From positions 2,232,001 to 2,296,000 of the forward strand of contig JBHGNT010000014.1 in the NCBI GenBank assembly GCA_043228905.1: a DNA stretch of 64,000 bases. Direction: 5' to 3'. The notes under the pieces were generated by a model, which was given only the letters and a program-made list of their open reading frames with translations, had not been told where the DNA came from and did no database searches. A program made the position numbers and the translations under genes. The DNA comes from Azolla caroliniana (taxonomy: Eukaryota > Plantae > Polypodiophyta). Below, piece after piece: positions 1-13,071 of the stretch (position 1 is its first letter; each line of letters starts with the position of its first letter).

Positions 1-946
1 GAAGCACCGTATGTACGCCGTTGTCTTCATGTTCATCACCTCCCATATCACGACGTCGATTTTGTCCGGTCTCTTGTCCCCAAACTGAACCGGCAGCCAA
101 AGGTCTTTAACCACGAGCATGTCCCTCATCTTTGACTTCCACACCGAATAGTTGGAGCCGGTGAGCTTGAACATGTCTCCCAACGGATCATCCATTTTTC
201 TGTGTTGCCTCGCTCTGATACCACTTTGTTAGGAACTACACGCTCCGATGAACAACGCTCGGCCACAACCGAGTCTAAAATCAAACACAGAAAACAGGTA
301 ATGAACGCACGACACAAAGGTGAGAGAAGAGTGCACATGATGTTTAACGTAGAAAACCCTGAGAGGGAAAAACCATGGAAGTCCACCGACTCCAAACTAT
401 CACTATATCACAATGATCACAACAGTGAGTTCACGGAGTCAACAACCTCGTGCTCACGATCTTCGCCACAGGCAGAGGTTACAATAGAGGCAACGACCTC
501 TTCCTCTCTCTCTCTCTCTCTCTCTCTCTGTATATTGTTGCGCGGTCTCTAGTCTTGCACCAACAAGAATGATAACAACCCTATCAAAAGTTTTCCCTAA
601 GTCATATTTATACTAATATGACTTTCCGGCTATTTACAAATATAGCCACGATGGACTCTCAGAAACATATTTACGAATATGTCTCTTCATTCGGAGAGCG
701 CTCCTCACCGGGCCTGCATCATCCGGATCTTGTCGGGCACTCGTCATCCGGTTCTTACTGGGTCTACACCATCCGGCTCTCCGTAGCTGGGTACTCCTCA
801 TCCGGTTCTCACCGGGTCTGCACTATCCGGCTCTCCATAGCCGGGTACTCCTCATCTAGTTTCGACTTGTACACCCACTTGTTTCGGAGTTTGCTCATCA
901 GCACTGTTCTTCTCCCTTCCCATCCAGAGGGACATGTTTCCTAACA
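1..946 (-). mobile_element. 5' end of Ty1/Copia LTR retrotransposon (5' LTR 227-946, tRNA-iMet PBS, start of gag); runs off the window
   Basis: TGTTAG at 227 and CTAACA at 941-946 delimit the LTR. GCTCTGATACCA at 212-223 is the reverse complement of the PBS TGGTATCAGAGC. Positions 1-200 read on the minus strand match the gag start at 60827 (MDD.LG.MFKLTG...WKSKMRDMLVVKDLWLPVQFGDKRPDK). Confidence 0.9.
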
Positions 947-1012
947 GGTTATTGGTCGAAGAGAATCATGTTAGAAGAAAGAACACGATGTCAGAAGGAC
1001 AAATGTTCTTCT

Positions 1013-1842
1013 TGTTGGGAGACAGGTCCCTCCGGATGGGAAGGGAGAAGATCAATGACGATGAACAAACTCGGCTACGGAGAGCCGGATGGTGCAGGCC
1101 CGGTATGAACCGGATGAGGAGTACTTGGCTACGGAGAGCCGGATGGTGCAGGCCCGGTATGAACCGGATGAGGAGTACCCGGCTACGGAGAGCCGGATGG
1201 TGCAGACCCGGTATGAACCGGATGAGGAGTACCTGGCTACGGAGAGCTGGATGGTGCAGGCCCGGTATGAACCGAATGAGGAGTACCCGGCTACGGAGAG
1301 CCGGATGGTGCAGGGCCGGTATGAACCAGATGAGGAGTACCCGGCTACGGAGAGCCGGATGGTGCAGACCCGGTATGAACCGGAGGAGGAGACATATTCG
1401 TAAATATGTTTCTGAGAGCCCATTGTGGCTATATTTGTAAATAGCCGAAAAGTCATATTAGTATAAATATGACTTAGGGCAAACTAATATTGTTGTTGTC
1501 ATTTTCCCTTGTTGGTGCAAGAAGAAGAGAGAGCACGTAATAGTGTACAGAGAGAGAGAGAGAGAAAGAGGTCATTGCCTCTGTTGTAACCGCCGCCTGT
1601 GGCGAAGATCGTGAGTCCGAGGTCGTTGCCTCTGTGAACTCACTGTTTTGTACATTCATACATAATGACAGTTTGCAGCCTGTGGGCTGCCGTGGTTTTT
1701 CCCCTAGTTTGGGGTTTTCCACGTTAACCTCCTGTGTATTCTTCCTCTCCTTTGTGTCGCGCTTCATTTCTGGTTTTCTGTGTATGAAAAGAATCTCGGT
1801 TGTGGCCGAGCGTTGGACATAAGGAGCAAGGAGTTCCCGTCA
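1013..1842 (+). mobile_element. Solo LTR (Copia family of 227-946) with TSD CTTCT
   Basis: TGTTGGGA...CCCGTCA termini. CTTCT lies at 1008-1012 and 1843-1847. Removing the insertion restores the host gag frame (QMFF|SNLEGGRG). Confidence 0.92.
1072..1390 (+). repeat. 54-bp tandem repeat (~6 copies) inside the LTR
   Basis: Unit CGGCTACGGAGAGCCGGATGGTGCAGGCCCGGTATGAACCGGATGAGGAGTACC; explains the 18-aa periodic spurious ORFs. Confidence 0.9.
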
Positions 1843-3311
1843 CTTCTCGAATTTGGAAGGTGGCCGAGGATGAGGTTGAGACTGAAGACGTCGTTTCGGC
1901 CAAGGACGAGGAGGAAGAGCCAGCCGAAATAACGAAGGTAACTCAAAACTTTGGCAAGAAAACGGAAATACTCGAGGAAACTTCGGAAGGAGGGGGAGCT
2001 TCCATGCCGAACAAGATCAGCAAAACAAGCATGTTACTTGTAACTACTGTGGGAAGATCAGCCATTGCGAAGATGAGTGCGGAAAGAAAAGAGGTGAGTC
2101 CGCTTCCATAAGCTAACAACTCACCAATTATGCCGCGAATTCCGAATTCGAAGTCTATGGGGGCATGTTCGAAGACTATGGAGGCACAAAGCAAACATAA
2201 TGTCAGCATCCGGTTTAGCTAGTACCTCTACATCAAAATAAGTATGGTTTGTTGACTCCGGCACCTGAAATTACACGACGTCCCAGGAGGAGTGGGTGTG
2301 CGACTTGCGTACACCTGATCGGCCCAGTTATGTGGAGACTAGGGACGATACTACACTGTTCCTTTCAGCAAAGACGACAAAAACACATGCATTAAGAATG
2401 TTTTACACGTGCCCACCATAACGAAGAATTTGGTCTCAGTCGGCCAAATCGTAGAGCAAGGCATGCAAGTTCGATTCAATAACGACGACTAATTCATAGA
2501 AAAGAAGGGCGAACTCATCACCAGAGGACAGAGAGAAGGCCGAATGTTTATTGTCAATTTAGACGAGGTAAAATTGAGCATGTATGCCAAAGGTGTCAAG
2601 GTTGAGACGAATATCAAGTTGTCGCACAAGAGAATTGTCCACAGTAACCTCCAACGGCTTTGAGCTATGTAGACGAAGGGAGTCGTCATCAAACTTTCAG
2701 CCTTTGACTTGAAACAAGTCAATCGAGTGTGTGAAGCATGTCAACTCGACAAAAAACATCGACTCCCATTCCTAGAGGATAGACATGTAAGTAAAGGCCT
2801 CCTTGATTTGATTTACTCCAACATATGGAAACCGGCTCAAAAGTCGACGATTGGAGGATGCTGGTATTACATCACCTTCATCGATGACTATTATTGCTAC
2901 ATGTGGATCTTTCCAATCAAGAAGAAGAGTGAAGTGCTTTTTCACTTCCAAAAGCTCAAGAAACAGGTCAAGAAAGAAATGGGCCGACATATTCAGTGCC
3001 TACGATCGGATGGAGGAAAAGAGTATTTCTCCGACGAATTTATCCCACCAAAATGAGGGAATAAGGAGAGAATTCATGTGCCAACACACACCTCAACAGA
3101 ATGGAGTAGCTGAACAAATGAATTCGCCAAATACTCGAGGTAGCACACGCCATGATGAACGAGAAGCACATGCCGAAATTCTATTGGGCCGAAGCGGCAT
3201 CCACAACCATCTACCTAATCAATCGGTGTACTACTAATGGAGTGCCTGAACTAACTCCATACGAGACATATGTTGGAAGAAAGCCAGTTCTATCACATTT
3301 GAGAGTGTTCA

Positions 3312-3640
3312 AAAGCATTGCGTATGTACATATCCCGAACGAAAGACAATAGAAGCTCGACCTGAAGTCAGAGAAATGCATCTGTGTAGGATACTTGTAA
3401 AAGCATTGCGTATGTACACATCCCGAACGAAAGACAATAGAAGCTCGACCTAAAGTCAGAGAAATGCATCCGTGTAGGATACTTGTCCAAGCAAAAGGGA
3501 TACAAGTGCTTCAACCCTTCTACCGAACCATACACAACCCGAACGAAAGACAATAGAAGCTTGACCTGAAGTCAGAGAAATGCATCCTTGTAGGATACTT
3601 GTCCGATCAAACGGGATACAAGTGCTTCAACCCTTCAACC
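3312..3640 (+). repeat. Local partial triplication within Copia integrase
   Basis: CCCGAACGAAAGACAATAGAAGCT(C/T)GACCT(G/A)AAGTCAGAGAAATGCATC occurs at ~3334, ~3422 and ~3538. Confidence 0.85.
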
Positions 3641-6381
3641 CAAATGGTTCGGTTAAGTCGAGACGTAGTCTTTGATGAATCAACATCATGGTATGAACCT
3701 GATTCGGCTCTATCTGGCCTCACTGAGGAAGAGTTAGACATCAATTTGGAGGATCACATTTGGCCAAGGACCATACACAGTGAAAGTCCAAGAACAACCA
3801 TGATGATCGCACCATCGGCGCCTCCGAGCAACCAAAGCACAATGTATCCATCAGCCAGGTCAGACAAGGGTAAAGGTAAGATGCCCGAATATGAAGTTGA
3901 CCATCGTGACGAAAGCGATTCGGACGTGTCGGCTCGCTCATTATACAATGAGTTTGGTGTACCCATTATGTGGATACCCGGCGTAAAGAAGGCATTGGCA
4001 TCGACAAATGAAAAACTATGCCGCTCATCTAGGGAAAAGAATTTGGTCACCTGATTCGCCTACAATAAGTATATGGCACATCATTATGCCTTCATCATGA
4101 AGGTAGTGGCCGAACAAGAGCCCAAAAGATTTACGGAAGTGGCTCATGACCCTTGGTGTATGGAAGCCATGGACGAGGAAATGCAAGCTTTAGCCGACAA
4201 TGAAACATGGGACCTCCAAGCACTTCAACCACACAAGAAAGCAATCGGTTGTCGTTGGATATACAAAATTAAATACAATGCCGATGGAACAGTGAACCGA
4301 TACAAGAGGTATGCTCAGACCCATGAGTTTGATTATGAAGAAACCTTTGCCCCATTGTTCTCAAAAAACGCGAATTTTATAGATAGAGTACATTTTAGAA
4401 TACCCACACGTATTCTAAACGTATCCACCCTTTTGGAATTGTCATTTTTTCTAAGCCTAGATCTGTAAATAATTTGAAATTTTGGAACTGTCATTTTTTC
4501 TAAGCCTAAAGTTGTATTCAACGTATTCAAAACGTACTCAATGGGGTGGAATCTCCACCAAATCGATGTCAAGAATGCATTATTCCAAGGCGAATTGAAC
4601 TAGAGCAGGAAGTCTACATGGTACTACCACCCAACTTCAAGTCAACATCACATCCGAATGTCGTATGCCGATTCGAGAAGCTTGACTACGGCCTCAAACA
4701 AGCGCCACGGGCTTGGCATTCAATGATCATGCAATTCTTGTGCCGAATTGGTTTTTGGATGTCTAAATCTGACAATTCTTTGTTTATTCAAGGCACCTCA
4801 AGTGGACAGATCTTCCTCATCATATATATCGACAACTTAGTGATCAGTGGTAAACACCTAGTCGATATCAACAAGGTCAAGATGTTGCTCTTAGGGAAGT
4901 TCAAGATGAAAGACATGAACAAACTTCATTACTTCCTGGGAATCGAGGTCATCCAAACTAGCACCAGCACCATGCTCTCCCAATGTCACTACATCTTGAA
5001 TCTTTTGTTCAAGTTCGGCATGATGGACCACAAGCCCATTTCGACACCCCTCGATCAAAACATGGAATTGCATACGGACTCTGGCACACCATCTGAGTTG
5101 ACTCAGTATCATCAAATCATTGGGAGTCTCATATACCTAACTATCACTTGACCTAACTTGAACTATCTGGTCGGCCTCAATAGCCAATTCATACAAACAC
5201 CATGCGATACACATTTGCATTGTTCGAAGAGAGTCTTACGTTACAGTATTGGAACCATGGATTAGGGAATCTTCTACAAGACTGGAGCGACTATTCAGCT
5301 AGAAGGATACACCAATACCGATTGGGCTAGCGGTGTATCTGATCGACGTTCAACATCTGGCTTCAACTTCTCACTCAGAAGTAGAGAAATCTCGTGGAGC
5401 AACAAGAAGCAACCAACAATTGCATTGTCCAACACCAAAGCTTAATACAGGTGTGCGGCTATTACCACCTAAGATTTGATTTGGCTCAAGCGGCTACTCA
5501 AGGACCTTAATGAATTGGTCGATGAACCGATACATATCTACTATGACAATCAAAGTAGCAGACAACTAGCCCAAAACCTGGTCTTGCTTGCCCAAAAAAA
5601 TCACATCGAGGTGCACTACCACTATGTTTGGGAACGTATCATCGTGGAGACATTGATTGCCAACATGTCGGCACCGAACGCCAAACATCTGATATCTCCA
5701 CAAAGGTGCTTGGTGTGGAAAAGCTTCAACAATTTTTGATGGCACTCGGCCTTTGGCCACTCAACATCTCCAGTTTGATGGGGAGGTATGCAAGCCAAAA
5801 GTTGGAACATGAGCCAACTTGATCTTGAAGGGGCATGTTTGAGATATCAAGCTCAAGTAGGTCTAGTTATTTTGTCAATTATGTAACTTAGTAGTTACAT
5901 AAATAGAATCTAGTTAGTGTGTTGATCTTAAAGCCTTAAATAGGATTTTTTACTTAAGTGGGATACATTCTAGATCCTCCACTTCCAAGTTCATTTAATA
6001 TAGGATTTACATCCTTGTACCTATATTCTCCTCACACATGTGCACCCTTGTACATGAGATGTATATATATACCTCATTGTGGGTATATTCTTGTACATGG
6101 GTATATAGAGAAAGGTCTTTAAGCTATACTCTTGTTAATTATCCCCCATTTTGTTCATAAGTGTAACTTCCTCTTACTCTCTCACACGCACACACATTCA
6201 CAGACACATATCACATAGTCTTCGTTGCTTAACCACATACATGATTAACTATCACATACTTAGATATTAATTAACCTTTAGTTAATTACCTAATTATTAA
6301 CAATATGCATGTGTGCACCTATATAAAGAGAAGGAAGGGAAGCATGTAGGAATCGATCAAGTGAACTATTGATGAAGTAAT

Positions 6382-7248
6382 TGACGGAAACTCAACGCTC
6401 CTTATGCACAACGCGCGGCCACAACCAAGCTCAGAATCATACACAGAAAACAGGAAACGGAAAAGCACGACACAAAGGAGAGGAAAGGTGCACAGGATGT
6501 TTAACGTGGAAAACCCAAACTAAGGGAAAAACCACGGCAGCCCACAGGCTGCAAACTATCACTATGTTGGAATGTACAAAACAGTGAGTTCACGGAGGCA
6601 ACGACCTCGTGCTCATGATCTTTGCCATAGGCGGCGGTTACAACAGAGGCAACGACCTCCTTCTCTCTCTCTCTCTCTCTGTACGCTGTTACGCGCTCTG
6701 ATCTTACGCAGACAAGAAATAATAACAACAACAGACATATAAAAAAGTTGCCCTTAGTCACATTTATACTAATATGACTTTTCGGCTATTTACAAATATA
6801 GCCTCGATGGACTCTCAGAAACATATTTACGAATATGTCTCTTCATCCGGTTCTCACCGGGTCTGTACCATCCAGTTCTCCGTAGCCGAGTACTCCTCAT
6901 CCGGTCTTCACCGGGTCTGTATCATCCGGCTCTCCGTAGCCGGGTACTCCTCATTCGGTCTTCACCTGGTCTGTATCATCCGGCTCTCTGTAGCCGGGTA
7001 CTCCTCATCCGGTTCATACCGAGTCTGCACCATCCGGCTCTCCGTAGCCGGGTACTCCTCATCTGGTTCATACCGGGTCTGCATCATCCGGCTCTCCGTA
7101 GTCTGGTACTCCTCATCCGGTTCATACCGGGCCTGCACCATCCGGCTCTCCGTAGCTGGGTCCTCCTCATACGGTTTCGGCCTCGGCCGAGTTTGTTCAT
7201 CGGCACTGTTCTTCTCCCTTCCCATCCGGAGGGACCTGTCTCCCAACA
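6382..7248 (-). mobile_element. Solo LTR (same Copia family) with TSD GTAAT
   Basis: TGACGG at 6382 and CCCAACA ending at 7248. GTAAT at 6377-6381 and 7249-7253. Reverse-complement homolog of 1013-1842, including the 54-bp repeat array (~6840-7170). Confidence 0.92.
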
Positions 7249-7559
7249 GTAATTAATTAATCAAACAATAAATTAAGATAGCTCATTTGCGTAGTGTCTC
7301 GTCAAGTTTAAAATTGAAGTCAAGGGTTCAAGCTAGAGTTTGGTAGAGATGAGTATCCTCTATGCCATCGAACATTGTAAATTTGGTAAAATCTTGTATG
7401 CTCAATGTAATAAAGCTTGTTCTTATCATATACTCTTGCTTCTTGAATCATACACTATCTCTATCTCTTGTTTGTGCTAATCTCTCTTGCTTTTTATTAT
7501 AAACTCTCCTCATACAAAAATCTTGGCGGTTCGAGGCAGCAAGCACAAACAATATGGCA

Positions 7560-10510
7560 ACGACATACTTATATATGCCCGATGAAGTTGAGAATTGAGG
7601 TATTCTCTCACTTTCTTAAGTTAAAAAATCTAGTGGAAAATGAGAAGAATCACAAGATTTGATGCTTATGGTCTGATGGCAGTTGAGAATACTTCTCAAC
7701 TGAGTTCATGGCCTTTCTAGAAAAGAAAGAGATTCACTAGTAATTCTCTTGCCGGTAAAAATCACAACAAAACGGTGTTGTTGACCGTAAGAATTGCACA
7801 ATTCTTGATATGGCTCATGCCATGTTGCAGGAGAAGAACATGCCAAAGATCTATTGGGCAGAGGTAGCAGTCACAACCGTGTATCTCATCAATGGGTGCA
7901 TGACCAAGGGTGTCTATGACGTCACCCCTCATGAAACGTATTTTGGGCGAAAGCTAGACCCTTGAATGTTTTGGGTAGCATTGTATACATGCACTCACCC
8001 GAGAAGTAAAGAAAGCTTGATCCAAAGTCAGAGAAGATGATCCTCATCGATTACTCCTTTAAAAAAAATGGTTATAAATGTTAAACCCCACCACTCAATA
8101 GTCACAAATAAGCCGAGGCATCATGGTATTTGATTAGGTCACATCATGGTATGGCGCAACATTGGTGATCCCCTCTATGTTTGAAACAAGCGGATTTGGC
8201 GAAGAAGAAGAAAGGTTGATGGCCATTATGGGTAGAGAAACCAACAAAGAGTTTGCCCTCACTAGCTGACTGGACATGAGGTGTCCAACAATTAGAGTCT
8301 TGTGTGGCATGAAGAAACCTCTAATGTGATGTAAAAAGAAAAAAAGGGAAGATGCTCGAATAGAGGCCAAGAGCATGACATCAGCTGACTACTCAACTGT
8401 TGACAGCAAGTATGGCGTGCCTATAATGGGGACACCAAGAGTAACGAAGGCCCTAGAAGTGGCCAATTGGAAACTCCATCAATCGAGCCAACAAAAGAAC
8501 CTGATAGTAAGGTTTGTCTATGGCGAGTACATGGCACATCACTATGCATTCATGATGAAGGTCGTAGCGAACCAATAACTCGAGATCCCCAATGGATGGA
8601 GTCAATGAGGGAGGAGATGTGTGCATTGTTAAACAACGATGCTTGGGATTTAGTTCTAGCCAATTGGTTGCCACTAGATGTTCAAGGTAAAGCATAATAC
8701 AGAGGGCATGGTCTATTGGTTCAAGATTCAGCTAGCCGCCAAGGGGTATGCACAAACCTACGGCATAGACTATGAGGAAACATTTTTCTTGGTAGCCAAA
8801 ATGACTATCATGAGAATGGCAATTGCACTCGTAGCAACGAAAGGGTGGCACTTGCATCAAATGGATGTGAAGAAGGCATTCCTCCTAGGTGAGCTTGAGG
8901 AGAAAGTTTACATGATGCAACCACCCGACTTTGAATCAAGCAAACATGCACATGTAGTTTGCATATTCAAGAAGCCACTCTACGAACTAAAGCAAACCTC
9001 GAGAGCATGGCATTCAAACATCGACTTCTGATTACAAAAATTGGATAAATTGTTGTATATGCGAAACAATACCTAAAACCCGGTCTTCTTAATCTTATAT
9101 GTCGATGACCTTGTCATCATGGAGAAAGCCTCACCAAGACACAAAAGATTAAAAAGCTACTTTCAGAGAAGTTCGAGATGAAGGACCTGAATGACTTACA
9201 TTATTTTCTCGACATTTCTCTACAAGTTCGGAATGACCAAGTATAAGTCCATCTCAACACCCGTTGATCGAAATATGAAGCTAAGTGCAGATTCCAACAA
9301 TTTTTTCAAGACGACGCAATGTCGAAAAATAATTAGTAGTCTTACCTACTTAACTATCACGTGGCTAGACCTTAGCTACCCGGTTGGGCTCCTTAGCCAA
9401 TTCATGAAAAACCCCCTCTAACACTCACATGGATTGGGCTAAGTGAATGTTATAGTATGTCAGTGGAACATTTTATCATAGTATCTTCTATAAGAGTGGA
9501 GTACCACTTCGACAAGAAAGGGTCACGAATGTTGATTGGGTGGGCAACACAACTAATAGGAGATCCACTTTGGTATCTACGTTTTCACTCAGCACTAGAG
9601 TGATCTCCTAGAGTAGCAATAAATAGTCAACAGTCACAACTCTATCAAGCATTGAGGTGGAGTATAGGGGTGCAACTATAGTTGTGTGTGAAGTTATATG
9701 GTTTAAAAGACTAATGAAAGAGTTTAATAAATTCCTCAACAAGTTGATACCAATACACTATGTCAATCTCATCAACATCCAGCTCACAAAGAACCCGGTG
9801 ATTCATGCCCCGACTAAAAACATCGAGGTGCACTATCATTACATCCACAAATGCATATTGGTTGGACACATTGACCTCCAATACATTGGTACCGAGCAAG
9901 TGGCCAATATTTTCACAAAGGCGCTATATCTTGACAAGTTGCGGTAATTCTCAGTGGATCTAGGCCTTAGACCACTCAATATGCTGAGCTTGGGGGGGAG
10001 TACAAGTACAAAGATGAGAAACGAAGCCGATACTAACGAACGCATGGAGAATAAGCACCTCACATGAGGAACAGTGAGACTAACATTGACAAAGTAAGCC
10101 TGACACATCTAATCCGACTTGACACCTTGGGATTTGGCAAATTGGAGGAAAGCTTTTGAAAGCTTGAAATTTTGAAGTTCGAGATAGGCCTGACTATGAA
10201 CTGACATCCTTGACTAGCATAGACTTGACACCTTGGGATTTTTGTCAACATTCTTTATATCGGCAAGATCGATCTTGCTGGATGGGATTGAGTACATCTA
10301 TGGAACAATGTGAAAACCACGATCCAACAGTTCAACCAACTTCAAATGAGTCTTCAATTGACTACACGTAGACAACCACGCTTAAGAGGACACACAATTG
10401 ACCTTGAGGGGGCGTGTTGAGAATCAAGATCAACTCATGTGAATATGTGCTTATAAAGCAAAGCACAATGTGTGAAAAAGTGTGTGATCACACTTTATTT
10501 TAATTCATGT
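7560..10510 (+). mobile_element. Degenerate Ty1/Copia element (INT-RT-RNaseH, PPT, 3' LTR starting 10415 and interrupted by the Gypsy insertion)
   Basis: Fragments MPKIYWAE, AKGYAQTYGIDYEETF, LHQMDVKKAFL, LYVDDL and KNIEVHYHY. GAGGGGGCG PPT precedes TGTTGAGA at 10415. Confidence 0.8.
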
Positions 10511-10928
10511 TGTTACCGGCCGGCAAGGAGTCCAAAATACGGAGTGAAGGAATTAATTAAGTATGGTTGTAATAAGCATAGTGTGGACGGACGGACTGGA
10601 AACGGTATGCCGTTCCAGATCCGGACGGATCCCGAATAGGTGCGAGAGGCACCGTTTTGTACTACGGGCCGGAAACCTATTTAAAGGCCCGGACCCCATT
10701 GTAATCACGGCGGATAATTAATAGAGCTTATGATGTTCATACTTCTGTCTTGATTTCCGTTCTGTAATCACTGTTATATCTTACGCGTGTAATTAACCAA
10801 AGCATTCTTATCGTGTAACCTACGTAAATCGGTGTAATCGTTGAATCTTAATCCTATGCCGTAATCACCCTTTGGTGAAGTGTCTCCGTGACACCTTGTG
10901 TTGGGCCTTGTCCGGCTAGAGAATAACA
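10511..10928 (+). repeat. 5' LTR of Gypsy element (418 bp)
   Basis: Direct repeat of 31936-32353; one visible substitution (GGCCCGGACC vs GGCCCGAACC). Confidence 0.96.
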
Positions 10929-11271
10929 CAGTTTTGGCGACCACGATTCCTGCTTTCTCGCAGCGAACGACGGCTTAATGGATGACGAGACCAACGCACG
11001 ACCTGGTTACAGACCGAGCTAGACGCCTCGCCGAACGGCAAAGACGGCGTGAGACTTTCCAGCAAGCAGCGCAGGAAATTCGCTCGGATCGTTCGTTCTC
11101 CAACGAGATCCGGAGAGTCGCGGAGGAATCTCTTCGGTTACGGCAAACTCGCGACCAGGACGACGGAAGCAGTCTAAGTAGTCTCCGGGAAACCGAACGC
11201 CTCCTCGAGGCACTTGCAAGCGGAGAAAACGAGGCAGAAGCCTTTTCAGCCTACAAATCGGATTCCGAAGC

Positions 11272-12592
11272 GTGCACACGAACTACCGGAGCAGCAACGA
11301 TACCCCCGGCGACCCGGAGGACGACGGGTCGGATACCGTGCCGACTCCAGAACCGGAACCACTCAACCAGGGCTATCCGGAACCGCAAACGGAAGCCGTC
11401 AACCCACCAACGGAAGAGCCGGCAAAGGTACCGGAAGAAGAGCCGGCGAAAGAACCGGAAAAAGAACCGGAAAAAGAACCGGAAAAAGCACCGGCAAAAG
11501 AACCGGAAGTGGAACCGGAGACAAAACCGGAAAGATATCAACAAACGCCACTAAACCGCGACCTAATACTGGACGACGACATGTCGTTCCAATACTCAAA
11601 GTATCGCGATGATCCGGACGCGGAAGCGCATGTTCATGACTTCGAGCAGACATGGGAAGCAAATCACACGTCCCAGCGAATGACACCGGAGGAAGAAGAA
11701 CGCTCGAAGATAGCGGAATTCGGAGTCACGTTAGAGGGACCGGCGACACGATGGCGGCGGACGCAGGACCCGGCGACCATCACAACCTTTGCAGAATTAA
11801 AAGCAAAATTCTTGCATTTTTTCCACAAGGAGGTCGACCAGACGACAATGGTGGGCCTGTTTTATACGATCCGACAGGAGGCAGGGGAAAGCATTCCCCA
11901 ATTCGTCATCCGTTTCCAACGAATGCATAGCCAGCTTGCCCGTGCACCCCCGGAGGAGGAATTACGGACGATATTTTTAAACGCACTCCGGGAACCGTTA
12001 CGCACGGTGTGTACGGTGATCGACTTTCGAGGATGCACCATCGACCAGGTCATTGACCGGGTCAGAGAAATGGAAAAGTCAAGCTCATGGCTTACACTGG
12101 GAACACTGCAACGGGCGTTACCCACCGAGGAAGATCTCCGGTTCCGGCAGGCAATTCAATGCACAATCTGCTTGAATGCCGGACACTCGGCAGTGGAGTG
12201 CACCATGCGAACCCAGTGTGTGATTTGTCAATCCAAGAGTCATACAACGGACCGGTGCGAGTATAACCTGTTAAACCGACAAGCACCACCCGTCCGACGG
12301 ATCGAGCCAGGAAACAGCCGAGACGAAGATGAAGGTCGTTGGCAAAGAATGAACCGGTACCGACCGGCACAGGATGTCCGGTACGGCGACAGACAAGAGA
12401 ATGAGGGCCGGTACGGGAATCGGCATGATAACTACGACCGGTATGAGCGATCGGACCGCTATCGGGAGCCCAACAGGCGACACGAGCAATACGACAGAGA
12501 CCATTCCCCTGGTTACCGAAGGCACCAGGAGGACTACGGCCGATTTTACGATCCAACACGACCGGACTACCGAAATAAAAATAAGAATAATA
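11272..12592 (+). CDS. gag: Gypsy gag, 5' part (retrotransposon gag domain plus two CCHC zinc knuckles), interrupted by the DNA transposon
   Basis: LEGPATRW...TFAELKAKFL...IRQEAGESIPQFVIRF motif; CTICLNAGHSAVEC and CVICQSKSHTTDRC knuckles. Joins 24587 in frame after TSD removal. Confidence 0.9.
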
Positions 12593-13071
12593 GGGTAAAA
12601 GCATGCGAGTGGAAACACTATTATAGCTAATTAGCTACTAAAATGGCCATAGCTAATTAGCTATTTGTTTAGCTAGTCTTTATTGTGGGAAAATCAAATA
12701 TTTGAAAAACTAATTTATGAAAAAACTCAAATATTTGAACTTCTGTTTCAGACGTAGTGGAACTTGGGGAATATCACCATCATCTAAGGTCGACTTCAAT
12801 GTCATCAATTTCCTGTTTAGCCTAAGTCTGATTTTGAACGCAGATGGAGTACTCAGAGCACGAACGCAGACGTAGCTCCCGCAACAGCAAAAAATCGACA
12901 TTGCAGATTGAGAGCTACAACACAGAACCCGCTCGATCATCGTCCAGGTATGTTTCAGTTACAGAAACCCCAAACATTTGTTTTTTCTTTTTGACTACTG
13001 TCTGAACTTTGGTGCCGATTCATATTTCCCCAAAATCGAATAGGGCGAAGTCCTTGGAGTCCCATACAAGG

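Larger units (their letters stand above)
947..6302 (+). mobile_element. Degenerate Ty1/Copia element (gag-PR-INT-RT-RNaseH fragments, PPT, 3' LTR from ~5836; right end uncertain)
   Basis: Fragments read LLVEENH (gag), CEACQL..KH and YYITFIDDY / LRSDGGKEY (integrase), AIGCRWIYKIK, YGLKQAPRAW and IYIDNL (RT), and HIEVHYHY (RNase H), with many stops and frameshifts. GAAGGGGCA precedes TGTTTGAGA at 5836. Confidence 0.8.

Noticed and set aside
934-1456. ORFs with 18-aa periodicity (also 618-944 and 6774-7256)
   Set aside because: Translations of the 54-bp LTR repeat, open in several frames and on both strands.
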